From positions 73,408,001-73,472,000 of the forward strand of contig OX597827.1 of assembly GCA_951406725.2 (NCBI GenBank): a DNA stretch of 64,000 nucleotides, in the 5' to 3' direction. Positions 9,923-21,817 of the stretch are shown one piece after another (position 1 is the first letter of the stretch; each line of letters starts with the position of its first letter). The stretch is from Octopus vulgaris. Its lineage: Eukaryota. The notes under the pieces are model-generated. The model had not been told where the DNA came from and did no database searches. It worked only from the letters and a program-made list of their open reading frames with translations. The position numbers and the translations under genes are program-made.

Positions 9923-11690
9923 ATTTTATTACTACCCACAAGGGGCGAACATAGAGGGGACAATACAATCGGGGAACTTAAAATAAGAAAGCGAAATGAC
10001 AAGAAGGGAAAAAATTAAAAATAAAAATGACAAATGAAAGAATATTTACAATGAGATGCAAATGCCCACTCGATCCCCGGAATCGAGAGGTTACATTTTC
10101 GTCACATATAGTTCACAATTTTTTTTTCTTTTTTCTCTTCTTTCTTCTCTCTCCTCTCACAATCTCACACGTATTCCATAATACTTTTCAAGTCTCTAAA
10201 GTCAATCACTGAGCCCTCAGGCAGCCGCTCTTTCACTCGAACACCCGTGTAAAAAATTACACTCTCTCCAGCTGCTCTGAGGAACTCAGCGACTCTTTCT
10301 TCGGGGATCAGAGCAGTCTCCTGCCACTGATCAGTCATCCTGTTGACCCACACATGTCCCTCCATACTACATGTCAATTCCTTCATTTCGGGGCTGAAAT
10401 GGAAGGTTATTAACTTGTAGTAATCTTGTTTCCGTCCTACGTTTTCTCTCGTTTTTCTTTTCGGGCTTACTTCTTCCTTGTTCTCCTCTCTTTGTTTCTC
10501 TCTTTCTCTCTTTTTGCCTTCTTTTCTTTCTTCTTCCTTCTCTTGTCTTTTTGGTTCTTTGTCTGTTCTCTCTTTCTCTCGTGTTTTATGTTCCTTTTCT
10601 TTTTCTTTTTGTGTGCCGTCTTTTCTTTTCGTTTGATTCTGTTCTCTCTCTTGTTTTTTTCCTGTTGTTTCTTTTTCCTTTTTCTTTTCCTGACTCTGTT
10701 TTGGTTCTATTTCTTTCTTTTCTTTTATTTCTTTTTCCTTCGTTGACTTATTATTTCCTTTCTCTTGTTGTTTTGTCTCCTTTTCTATGTTTTCTTTTTC
10801 ATTTACCGTATTCTTCTTTTCGAGTTCCTGCTCGCACTCCGCTACGAATTCGTATAACGGGCACTCTTTTTTAATGTGCCCCCTTGTCCCGCACAAGTAG
10901 CAGTTTGGCTTTCTTCCCTCTACAATTACACTGAGGGTTTTCTCGTCTTCGATTTCTATTCTATAGGGGAACCTTTCAATGTCCTCTTTTGTGGCCATCA
11001 AACACAGTTCTACCCCATATCCTCTCCAATTTACTGCGTTGGACTCCTTAAAGGATTCCACCTCCACTTCCTCTTCTGCTGCTCCTAGAATAGCTGTTGC
11101 CAGCCATTCTGTTTTTACTTCTGGGGGTATATTCGGGATTTTAACCCGGACCCCTCTTCTTCCCTTGTATGAGGGCCACATTATAAATGTTTCCGCTCTT
11201 AGAACAGTGGTAGCCAGTGAGGCTGCAATTTCTTCCGTTGCACATCTCACCTCCACCGTACCAAATTTTTTTCCTCTACTCACGTAGGTCGATTTATCCA
11301 TTATGTCTCCCAGACATTTTTCGATCTCTGCTATCTCCACTCTTGCCAGTTTCTTTGTACTTTTGTCCTGGGTTCTATACGTTACAGTTTTGTTTTCTTT
11401 GTCCTCTTTTGCTTTCGCGGGGGGGATTAGCTTCACGCTATCACCCTCCCTTTTGAATAGCTTTTCATATTCTTTGATTTTACTTTTCTCAAAGAAAACA
11501 TCCTTCACGATTATCGACGAATCATTATTTTTCTTTCCCGTGACCCCCGCGTAAGTCGCCATGACTAGAGGGTCAATTCACCTTCTTCGGAAGGTTTCCA
11601 CAGGTGGAGGCAAACGCCTCGCGCGATATTAATCACTTTACACAACAAAATTTCAACTTCTAATCACAGATAACAACACACGTGGGTAAA
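9923..11690 (-). mobile_element. ORF1-only (HAL1-like) non-autonomous retroelement, copy 2
   Basis: Bounded by tttcctccatgtg at 9910-9922 and 11691-11703. About 128-nt 5'UTR, one ORF, LINE-like 3' end. Confidence 0.87.
10165..11562 (-). CDS. Gag-like ORF1, intact 465 aa
   Basis: Starts MATYAGV. RGKKFGTVEVR, PSYKGRR, NIPPE and VEGRKPNCYLCGTRGHIKKEC are homologous to LINE ORF1 motifs RGKKYGTVEVR, PLYKGKR, NIPPE and VEGRKPRCFGC. Confidence 0.9.
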   Translation of the reverse strand: MATYAGVTGKKNNDSSIIVKDVFFEKSKIKEYEKLFKREGDSVKLIPPAKAKEDKENKTVTYRTQDKSTKKLARVEIAEIEKCLGDIMDKSTYVSRGKKFGTVEVRCATEEIAASLATTVLRAETFIMWPSYKGRRGVRVKIPNIPPEVKTEWLATAILGAAEEEVEVESFKESNAVNWRGYGVELCLMATKEDIERFPYRIEIEDEKTLSVIVEGRKPNCYLCGTRGHIKKECPLYEFVAECEQELEKKNTVNEKENIEKETKQQEKGNNKSTKEKEIKEKKEIEPKQSQEKKKEKETTGKKQEREQNQTKRKDGTQKEKEKEHKTREKERTDKEPKRQEKEEERKEGKKREREKQREENKEEVSPKRKTRENVGRKQDYYKLITFHFSPEMKELTCSMEGHVWVNRMTDQWQETALIPEERVAEFLRAAGESVIFYTGVRVKERLPEGSVIDFRDLKSIMEYV

Positions 11691-11900
11691 TTTCCTCCAT
11701 GTGTTCAAATCTTTTTTCTCTACATTGTATACTTTATAGACAATAGTCTTTTCTTTAATTTAATTTTTTATTATCCATCTGGACTATTCCATTTTTGCAC
11801 GCTAATTTTATTTTTAATTTATTCCCATTCATGTGAAACCACTTATTCAAGTTCAAGTCATTGATGCAATTTTATACCAATTGCTATTTTAACTTTTGTT
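11691..11900 (-). pseudogene. N-terminal half of decayed host ORF1
   Basis: IKEKTIVYKVYNVEKK/RFEH-MEE matches KENKTVTYRTQDKSTKKLARVE and ISNRRIIYKTFSITNRAIQKIEE. Continues at 2887 across the target site. Confidence 0.65.
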
Positions 11901-12019
11901 ATGTTACGATTATATTATACTTTAGTTTGATTTTAATTATTATTTACTACTTATAATTCAATTATTATTATTATTTTTATTGTTAAAGTGAAAGCATCTG
12001 ACATAAAATAGAGAAATAT

Positions 12020-12395
12020 TTTTGTTTCACTTTTAACACGTAATACTGAAATAGTGGAGAAGATATGATATTGCTATGGACTCGCTCTAGGCAAGAAGTT
12101 GAACTTTTTTTGCCCATGAAACTACATAGACCATAAGTAACGCATGTGTAAAATTTGAATGAAATGGGTTGTGTAGTTCTCAAGTTTTAGGGAATCGTAG
12201 TGGAGAAGATATGATATTGCTGTGGGCTTGCCCTAGGCAAAAAGTTAAATTATTTTGCCGATGACACTCCCCGGACCCTAAGTAAGGCATGTGTAAAATT
12301 TGAATGAAATTGGTTGTGTAGTTCTCAAGTTTTAGGGAAACACACAGACCGACAGACAGACAGACACACATTCTCAGTTTTATATATATAAAGAT
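12020..12395 (-). mobile_element. Helitron/DINE-like non-autonomous element fragment with internal ~140-bp tandem repeat
   Basis: Minus strand starts atctttatatatataaaa followed by (tgtc)n. The tagtggagaagatatgatattgct...gtagttctcaagttttaggga unit occurs twice. Confidence 0.5.
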
Positions 12396-12615
12396 ATACG
12401 TGATATGTTTATACATTCTTACATCCTTTCATGATCTTTTCCTAGTTCTTGTAATTTATAAATAATTTTTTTTACAAGATTATTTTATAAAAGTTTAACA
12501 TATATGGAAATAATTATTTTATTTTATTTTAGTTGCTTTCAAATCATGTATTATTCAATAAATATTTACATGCCCATATCGGTTTAGCTATTACTTCTGC
12601 ATGCACTCCATATAT

Positions 12616-12915
12616 AGGCGCATGGCTAACAATCATGCGGTAGTGAGTTCGATTCTCGGATCGAGCTGAGTGTTGTTTCTTGAGCAAGACACTATATTTC
12701 ACGTTGCTCCAGTTCACTCATTTGTAGGAATGATGTAGGACATCACTGGTGTCAAGTTGTATCTGTTTTTGTCTTTCCATTGGATAACATCGGTGGCTTG
12801 GAGAGGGGATGCTGGTATGCATGGGCGACTACTGGTCTTCCATAAACTTGTGCTTCGGAGGGGAACTTTTAAGGTGCATTTCATAGCCATTCGTGACCAA
12901 AGGGGGGGTCTTAAA
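12616..12915 (+). mobile_element. tRNA-derived SINE
   Basis: ggcgcatggct, B-box gagttcgattc, then cttgagcaagacact core. Confidence 0.65.
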
Positions 12916-13209
12916 CATTTTTTTATATACATACGACTATTTCTCCTACTTTGTGCACTAAGTATATAGTAGTCCCTGTAAATTAATATATATATAAACC
13001 TGTATATAAACTTTTATAATCTTAATTTAAGTAGAGACTATAATTTCTGATGAATAACTAATTTCGTTGAACTGTATCCACTAAGATCTCTATTATATTA
13101 TATATACTCACATGATTTAGTTTTTAGGGATTATCACAAATGTCCAATGAACGTACGTGTTACATTCTGAGTAACAGTTGCTGAAGTCTTTTTAAATCAA
13201 CACTCCTTG

Positions 13210-15890
13210 GTCGGATGATCCTTTGGGCCTTCCGTCGTCTCCAGCTAGATCCCATCACCCACCCCATTTCCCCAACACACCCCTGTCGTCCTTTAAATGC
13301 GCCCGTAACCTACGCGATCTACTAGTCTGTAGCACCTTCCTCTCTTACCTCCCAACCCCATTCGGATGCTTCCCTTACTCTAGATTCTGCTGCTACACTT
13401 GTCCTTTCATCAGCAACACCACCTCCCTCACTGGATTCAACCAGCAAACCCTCCACATTAGAAACTCCCCTTGCACTTCTTCAAGTCTTATCTATTGCAT
13501 TAGAGATAATCTCTGCAATAAACTCTACGTTGGTCAGACGGACTGCTGCCTGGCCGACCGGTTCACGGAACATGTACGAGATGTTCGGCTACGCACGAAC
13601 ATTCCCGTCGCCCGTCATTTCCGTTTGGCCAACCACTTCACCTCTTATATCTCCATTTTTGGCCTCGCCTTGCACCACAGATCCACACTCTCGACTCCGC
13701 CTGGAACAGCGTTATATTTTCAGTCAACAAACATAAACTCCCTTCGTACTCAGCATAACCCCCTCCTCTTAACAACTGCCTCTAAACCTTTTTATTTTAT
13801 TTTATTTTATCTTCTCTCATAACCATTTACTTCTTTGCACTGTTACCTATTTTACGATTTTTTATTGTTTTTTATCGTTTTTTCCGTCGAATTAAAAAAA
13901 ATTATTGTATTATTTTTTATAATTTTTAAAATTTCTATTTCATTAATTTAATTTTGTTTAAATTTTAATTTTTTTACTTTTTATTCTTTACTTTTTATTT
14001 TTTATCTTATATCTGTTATTTTTGAATTTTTAAAAAATTTTTAAATTTTTTCATCTTGTAACCTTCTCCATTTTTGCCCCTTTTTTACCGACCTTCTTTA
14101 TCATATTTTATTTTATTTCTATATACACGCACACATACATTCACACACGTACATATGCACACACATGCACACATATACGCACGCGCACAGGCATGAACTC
14201 ACATATACCTCACATATATAACCCACACACACACCATACACATACACACAACACACATACATGCACACATATACACACACACACATGCAGGTACACACAC
14301 ATACACACATATACACACATGCACTTACACACGCACACATGCGCATACACACACACACCCACGCACGCATACACGAACGCAAATATAACTCCACACACAC
14401 AACTCCATGCACATACTCACATATACACACACACATACACACATACATAAGCACACATACGCACACATACACGCACGCGCACAGACATGAATACACATGC
14501 ACCACACATATATATCATACACACACAACACGCACATACAAGCACACAAGCAATGTACACATATACACATACACACACGCACACACACATACACAAACAT
14601 GCATACAACATACACGCACACACGTACACACAACTACACGCACATACAGTCACATACAGACACACACATACATACGGACGCGCACACATACAGGAACGCA
14701 TATACCCCTCCACACGCACAACCCCACGTACATACACAACATATACATACGCACACACTCACACGCACGCACACACACACACAGGCACAGGCACACACAT
14801 ACAAACACACGCACATACATATACACACATCACACACACAACCCCACGTACACACGTACACACATATACACACTCACACAGACGCTCATACAAACACACG
14901 CACATACATATACACACACCACACACACAACCCCACGTACACACGCACACACATATACACATGCACACACACATATACACACTCACACACACACGCACAT
15001 ACTAATACATACGCACACACATACACACACACGCACATGAACGCACACACACCTCCCATTCACACAACACAATCATACAAACACGCTCACAATTACACAT
15101 ACAACGCCATGCAGACACGCACATACACACGCACACGCACACACTCATATACAGGAATGCACATATTACTCCACACTCACAAAGCCACGCACATGCATAT
15201 ACACACGAACATACACGTACGCACATACACATATGTACACACACGCACGCACGCACACGCACACACACACACACAAGACACACACACATACTAGACACAT
15301 ACACATCATATGCATACACCACACACAAGACACACACACAGCATATACATAGACGCACACATACATACACATGCACACAATACTTCAAACTGCCTCTCAA
15401 ACACATTTCTACTGACCATTCCTCTACGCACATGTGAAGAGACACAACTCCACAAAGGTCCACCACTCCTGTTACCATGCTACTGAATTTTCCAACTTTA
15501 AGAGACAAAGTTCACTCACACATCCACATATAAACATCCAAGACCACACAAACTCCACACACACACGCATACACACACATACCATTACACCCACACCCAC
15601 ACGCAGACTAGCGCACACGCACATACTAAAAGATACAGAGTCATACCTCCTTCTCTTACACTCTCCTGTCTTCGAACTGTTTCCCGTATTTTCAAAATGT
15701 GAATCGTCGGCGATTTTTTCCTCCATCTATTGGACTTTCCAGTCTCCTGTTTCTGAAGAAGAGCTTCGCTCGAAACGTAGAACCACTTTTCTTTCCTTCC
15801 TTGAGCATCTGCTAATACTTTGCATGTATCACTCCTTGCGTTGTTGTATTTTTCTTTCTTGTGTTTGATCTTCGTGGTTTTGGATTTACT
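13210..15890 (+). mobile_element. Penelope-like element 3' part: GIY-YIG fragment, T-rich and (CA)-rich tail, terminal hammerhead motif
   Basis: RNLRDLLV..CYTCPFI..CTSSSLIYCIRDNLCNKLYVGQT..LADRFTEH..PVARHF. Motif ctgaaga-agagcttcgctc-gaaacgta at 15753-15779. Confidence 0.8.
14120..15390. repeat. Degenerate (CA/CATA/CACG)n low-complexity tract
   Basis: Seen directly; second copy at 25862-27140. Confidence 0.95.
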
Positions 15891-15900
15891 ATATATATAT

Positions 15901-17687
15901 ATCATCATCATCATCATCATCATTTAGCGTCCGTTTTCCATGCTAGCATGGGTTGGACGGTTCTGCTGGGGTCTGTGAAGCCAGAAGGCTTCATCAGGCC
16001 CAGTCAAATCTGGCAGTGTTTCTACGGCTGGATGCCCTTCCTAACGCCAACCACTCCGTGAGTGTAGTGGGTGCTTTTTACGTGCCACCTGCACTGGTGC
16101 CAGCCAGAGCTGGCAAACGGCCACGAACGGATGGTGTTTTTTATGTGCCACCGGCACGAGGGCCAGGCGAGGCTGGCAACGAACACGAAACGGGGCGGTG
16201 CTGGCAACGGTCGCGAAACGGAAGGTTCTCTTACATGCCACCGGCACTGGTAACACATCTGCAATTTCCATTGATCGATTTCCATTGATCGATTTCGATT
16301 CTGATCCTCACTTGCCTCAATGGGTCTTCACAAGCAGAGTTTCGACATGCCACCGGCACTGGTAGCACATCCGCAATTTCCATTGATCGATTTCGATTCT
16401 GATCCTCACTTGCCTCAACACGTCTTCACAAGTAGAGTTTTGTGTCCCAAGAAGGGAAGGTATGCATACGTAGGCTGGCTCCATCCCATGTAGAAGGCCA
16501 CGGGTTGTGGACTCACTTGTCCTGCCGGGTCTTCTCGCGCACAGCACACTTCCAGAGGTCTCGGTCTCTAGTCATTTCCTCGGTGAGACCTAAAGTTCGA
16601 AGGTCGTGCTTCACCACCTCGTCCCAGGTTTTCCTGGGTCTGCCTCTTCCACAGGTTCCCTCAACCGCTAGGGTGTGGCACTTTTTCACACAACTATCTT
16701 CATCCATTCTCGCCACATGACCATACCAGCGCAAACGTCTCTCTTGCACACCACAACTGATGCTTCTTAGGTCCAGCTTTTCTCTCAAGGTACTTACACT
16801 CTGCCGAGTGTGAGTACTGGCATTACACATCCATCGGAGCATACTGGCTTCATTTCTAGCGAGCTTACGCATATCCTCAGCAGTCACGGCCCATGTTTCA
16901 CTGCCATGTAGCATGGCTGTTCGTACACACGCATCATACAGTCTGCCTTTCACTCTGTGCGAGAGGCCTTTTGTCACCAGCAGAGGTAAGAGCTCTCTGA
17001 ACTTTGCCCAAGCTATTCTTACTCTAGCAGTTACACTTTCAGCACACCCGCCCCCGCTGCTGACTTGGTCACCTAGGTAACGGAAACTATCAACTATTTC
17101 TAGTTTTTCTCCCTGGAAAGTGACAGAAGTTGGTCTCAGAGCATTTTCAGTGTTTATTGTTCCTGAGCATCTGCCACATACAAAAACCATCTTCCTAGTT
17201 AGCCTTCCTTTGACATTGCTGCATCTCTTATGTGTCCATAGCTTACACTTGGTGCATCTTATAGAGTTTCTACCTACACCTTTTCTACAGATCGAGCAGG
17301 GCCATCTACCTGAAGGTGTTTGTGATTTGTCTACCTTCCTACTGATTACGACTTTGGTTTTAGCTAGATTGACTCTGAGGCCCTTCGATTCTAATCCTTG
17401 TTTCCACACCTGAAACTTCTCCTCCAGTTCTGATAGCGACTCAGCAATTAGAGCAAGGTCATCAGCATAGAGGAGCTCCCAAGGGCATCCTGTCTTGAAT
17501 TCCTCCGTTATTGCCTGGAGGACTATGATAAATAGGAGGGGGCTGAGTACTGAGCCTTGGTGGACCCCTACCTCTACCCGGAATTCTTCACTGTACTCAT
17601 TTCCAACCCTCACCCTACTAGCGGCGTCCCTATACATGGCCCGCACAGCTCTCACTAACCATTCATCTATCCCTAGTTTTCTCATTG
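15901..17687 (-). mobile_element. 5'-truncated RTE-clade LINE with (GAT)n tail
   Basis: Open frame GVHQGSVLSPLLF, LLYADDL, PHD-like CSIC..CTKC..HKRC..CGRC, FRYLG, RLRWYGHV, GRGRPRKTW. (cat)n at 15901-15923. Tandem duplication in the 3'UTR at 16234-16418. Confidence 0.93.
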
Positions 17688-17940
17688 CCGAATGATTATG
17701 TAACACACACACACGCACGCGCACACATACAGATATATACATAGTCATTACGAGTCAAATATTTCCTGATTTTTTTACGAAGATTCTTGTGAATGAATGC
17801 TTGAAAAGCATAATTGTTATAAACCGGTGTAGTCCTCATTTCCACTCGCACATTATTAAAATACCAGGAAATATTTAGAAAGAGACGAATTCACAGGCTG
17901 AGACATATTTTTAAAAATATAATGTAGACTTAAATTATAC

Positions 17941-18075
17941 CTTGTTGACAATTATCACCGTCATATCCAGCAGCACACCCATCTGGACATGTTCCATTTC
18001 GTCTGTCGCACTTTTTGTTGTCAACACAGTGACATATATCTTTACAATTTACACCAAATTTATCTCCTTCACATT
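17941..18075 (-). CDS. EGF-like exon type B (multi-EGF/MEGF-like gene)
   Basis: tttcag|...|gtataa, 135 nt, phase 1-1. ECEGDKFGVNCKDICHCVDNKKCDRRNGTCPDGCAAGYDGDNCQQ. Confidence 0.88.
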
Positions 18076-18316
18076 CTGAAAATATTGGTATAAACAAATT
18101 ATATTAGATATCATTTACTGAATATAATAAAAGGTATGTCTATAATACTTTTCTACTTCAGAAATATAATTAAGATATTGTATGCCTGTAAACAAACATT
18201 AAACATTTGTTTCGCTTAACGTAATATTTTATCATAAACAAGATTGAACACGTAGAAAGATTAAATGAAATATAAAAAATAATTTAATAATTTTGGAATA
18301 AAGTATAGAAAATTAC

Positions 18317-18445
18317 CTTCTTGACAGCTGAATCCGCTGTATCCTGCATCACAATCACCTGGACATGATCCATTTACGTGGTCACATGTTAGGGAACAAT
18401 GACAATGCTCTTTGCAACCGTGACCAAAGCTACCATTGGGACATT
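18317..18445 (-). CDS. EGF-like exon type A
   Basis: tttcag|...|gtaatt, 129 nt. [43 protein letters not shown]. Confidence 0.88.
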
Positions 18446-18489
18446 CTGAAATAAAGTATTGTTAGAAACGAATCCGGAGTATTCCGCCT

Positions 18490-18581
<92 letters not shown>

Positions 18582-18775
18582 ATATACAAGCAATTATGTT
18601 CCTACGTGAATTTGCATGTGCAGAAATGCAGATCCACACACATGCACACGTTAAGTCACTGAAATACATTTATTCACAGATGTTTGGATACCAATCCATC
18701 CATGCATACATACATACTTACTTTTATATGTACACAAGTAAACAGCACGCACGTATATATATATATATATATATA

Positions 18776-19193
18776 CGCAGGAGTGGCTGTGTGGTAAGTA
18801 GCTTGTTTACCAACCACATTGTTCTGGGTTCAGTCCCACTGCGTGGCACCCTGGGCAAGTGTCTTCCACTATAGCCTCGGGCCGACAAAAGCCTTGTAAG
18901 TGGATTTGGTAGACGGAAACTGAAAGAAGCCCGTCGTATATATGTGTATATATATATATGTATGTGTGTGTGTTTGTGTGTCTTTGTTTGTCCCCCTAGC
19001 ATTGCTTGACAACCGATGCTGGTGTGTTTATGTCCCCGTCACTTAGCGGTTCGGCAAAACAGACCGATAGAATAAGTACTGGGCTTACAAAGAATAAGTC
19101 CCGGGGTCGAGTTGCTCGATTAAAGGCGGTGCTCCAGCATGGCCGCAGTCAAATGACTGAAACAAGTAAAAGAGTAAAAGAGTAAAAGAGTAA
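18776..19193 (+). mobile_element. Full-length tRNA-derived SINE with (agtaaaag)n tail
   Basis: gtggctgtgtggtaag A-box, ggttcagtccc B-box, internal microsatellite, tandem tail. Related fragments at 32040-32560, 34520-34680, 46310-46448, 50797-50945, 58820-58965, 62475-62780 and 63800-63945. Confidence 0.85.
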
Positions 19194-19217
19194 CAATGAT
19201 AAATCTCAGAGCGAGTT

Positions 19218-19437
19218 ATAAACAGTAGCGGTAACACATCGTGACGCATATTTGCCATTTGAATATGGCTAACCCCTAAGGGTGGATGCTACTGTAGTTT
19301 GTAGCCCCAGGAAGATACCTCCTCCAGCTGGCTATAGACACATATATTCAAATGGCAAATATGCGTCACGATGTGTTACCGCTACTGTTTATATATCATA
19401 TCACTTAGATCATTAGCGCTTTCTCCCATTCTAGAGG

Positions 19438-19478
<41 letters not shown>

Positions 19479-19685
19479 ACACACACACACACAGACATAC
19501 TCACACACACATATACACACATACACACATGCACCCACACCCATTCGCACAATCTTTCTCCCTCTATCAATCTTCCTCCTTTCTCTCTCTTTCTTCCTAT
19601 ATATATATGCACATACATATAGACATAAATATACATAAACCCCACTAGAATGGGAGAAAGCGCTAATGATCTAAGTGATATGATA
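19218..19685. repeat. Two adjacent inverted-repeat pairs (~48 bp arms each)
   Basis: 19218-19266 vs 19346-19392, and 19395-19441 vs 19638-19685 around a (CA)n tract. Confidence 0.85.
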
Positions 19686-19803
19686 TATATATAAAAAATG
19701 TAATATATAAATATATATCTATAAATATAAACCATCCGATCTTCTGATTACCTCATTTCTTCTAATATATAATACCTGTACATCATCTCCAAACCTTCCA
19801 TTT

Positions 19804-19867
<64 letters not shown>

Positions 19868-19943
19868 TGTATAGATAGATAGATAGATTCTGTAAATTTC
19901 AATTGTATATATATGTACGTATGTATATAACATATGAAAGACG

Positions 19944-19974
<31 letters not shown>

Positions 19975-20099
19975 ATATGCAGATATATGTATGTGTGTGT
20001 ATGTATATAAGTACGAACATGTGTCTGTGTGTTTTGTACTACAACCACATATACACTAATCCCCCGTTTTAAAATTTCATTTTAATTAGGAACGTAATA

Positions 20100-20208
<109 letters not shown>

Positions 20209-20339
20209 ATATATATATATATGTATATACATACATACATATATATATATACATATGTATATATCGTTGTATTTAGGAATTCCCATTTTGCCACTTTAGC
20301 CAATAAAAACACACGCATTATATATTTGGTATTACTATG

Positions 20340-20570
20340 CTTCAGCGTAAAAACATTTGGCTGGGAACTAGGATCGCAATGGCGATGATGTCATATCCGC
20401 TGTCCATATTTTTTAACAACGGGTTGAAAGCTTCTTCAGCAATGGGATCCAAGCACTGCAACTCCGATTGAAGAAATGTATGGAATGCAGGGGGGACTGT
20501 TTTGAAAAATAAGCCTCATTGATGTTATTCCATTTGAGTATCTTGGTCAACTTATGAACTCGTCCAGCAC
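20340..20570 (+). mobile_element. Mariner transposase C-terminal relic
   Basis: [33 protein letters not shown]. Confidence 0.7.
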
Positions 20571-21413
20571 GAATATTGTATGCATCAAAGCCATACAGCC
20601 TTCGTGTAGATCAGTCATTTTTTGGCTTTCCTCTGATTAATAAACGCTGATATCTAAAGATAACTAGTCATTTTAGAGTAATAATGCCATGAGTGAAATA
20701 CAAATCAGTCTAGGATGTTGATATTGCAGCATATGTACCGTATAATGAGATGTACCGTATAATATGAAAATAATTTCAGTTAACTATCAGCATTTTCCAA
20801 CCTCTAACAATGGTTATGTATTGTTGGTGGGATTTACAAAAATGTAATATTTAGGTTATTTATGACATTAGTCTACGATGTAGATATTAATTAATATGCT
20901 ATATAATAAAAGAAAAACACAATTGTTGATAATTTACTATATATACCATCTTGTTACAAAACATGTGTTTAGGTAACGGTTCTACATTTGGTTTCTGCTT
21001 TTATTCCCAGTCTAGCATAATCTCTAACATAAATTCCAGTTTCATATTTAAAGTATTATTAATATACATAAATATTGTTGTGAGATATATTAAAACAGTG
21101 AATTATGTAGTTAAAACTGTAATGTATAATATGACCATACCCTGCTTTTACTGGCAAAATATATTTATATCATTCCACAGGCACATATTCTGGGAATGAG
21201 TAAGGCATGAATAGTATGGCATCACATTTATCTTTCGTATAAATGTCATACAATCTATCACAATCATAAACCAATATGTAAAAGGTGTGCAATATTGACA
21301 GATACGAACTATCTCTTCAATTAGAATAATTATCGAAGGAGTAATTCATATTTAAAATTGTTTGATTCATGTTACTATGCACACATATTAAACTAAGGTC
21401 ATCAAAATATGGG

Positions 21414-21460
<47 letters not shown>

Positions 21461-21682
21461 AAATTAATATGATGTTTGGGAGTGCTATCTTTCAGTATAA
21501 CTTAGAAAGTAGTTAATGAATGAATGCTTAGAGAATATATTCTTTTATAGACAATGTTGATTTCATTTTCGTTTGTACAAACATAAAGATTTACTAAAAT
21601 ACTATGGATAATCTAAGAAACGAACAGATGTATTAATTGAGATATGCATTTTATTAAAAGAAAATATAGATTTAAATTATAC

Positions 21683-21817
21683 CTTGCAGACAACTGACAC
21701 CATCATATCCAGCAGAACATCCATCTGAACAGCTTCCATTTTGTTTGTTGCAGTTTTTGTTGTCAACACAATGACATACACCACTACAATTGGCACCAAA
21801 TTTACCCTCTCTGCACA
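21683..21817 (-). CDS. EGF-like exon type B
   Basis: gttcag|...|gtataa, 135 nt. CREGKFGANCSGVCHCVDNKNCNKQNGSCSDGCSAGYDGVSCLQ. Confidence 0.88.

Noticed and set aside
2876-11703. CRISPR-like or LTR interpretation of the repeated junction motif
   Set aside because: Spacers are whole kb-scale elements, there are no cas, integrase or protease genes, and the RT is non-LTR type.
14119-15508. Long His/Thr- and Cys/Val-rich ORFs (also 25764-27261 and many YI/CV ORFs)
   Set aside because: Translations of (CA)n, (TA)n and (TG)n microsatellites.
17688-17748. N-terminus of ORF 16513-17748 (MTMYISVCVRVR)
   Set aside because: Flanking host sequence, also present at 29897-29957, fused by chance to the truncated RTE.
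18776-18850. tRNA genes
   Set aside because: The A/B boxes belong to SINE heads; no cloverleaf is evident.
21140-21310. Possible third EGF-like exon type on minus (CTPFTY..DCDRL..DKCDAI)
   Set aside because: Needs frameshifts, lacks most Cys and has no clear splice sites.
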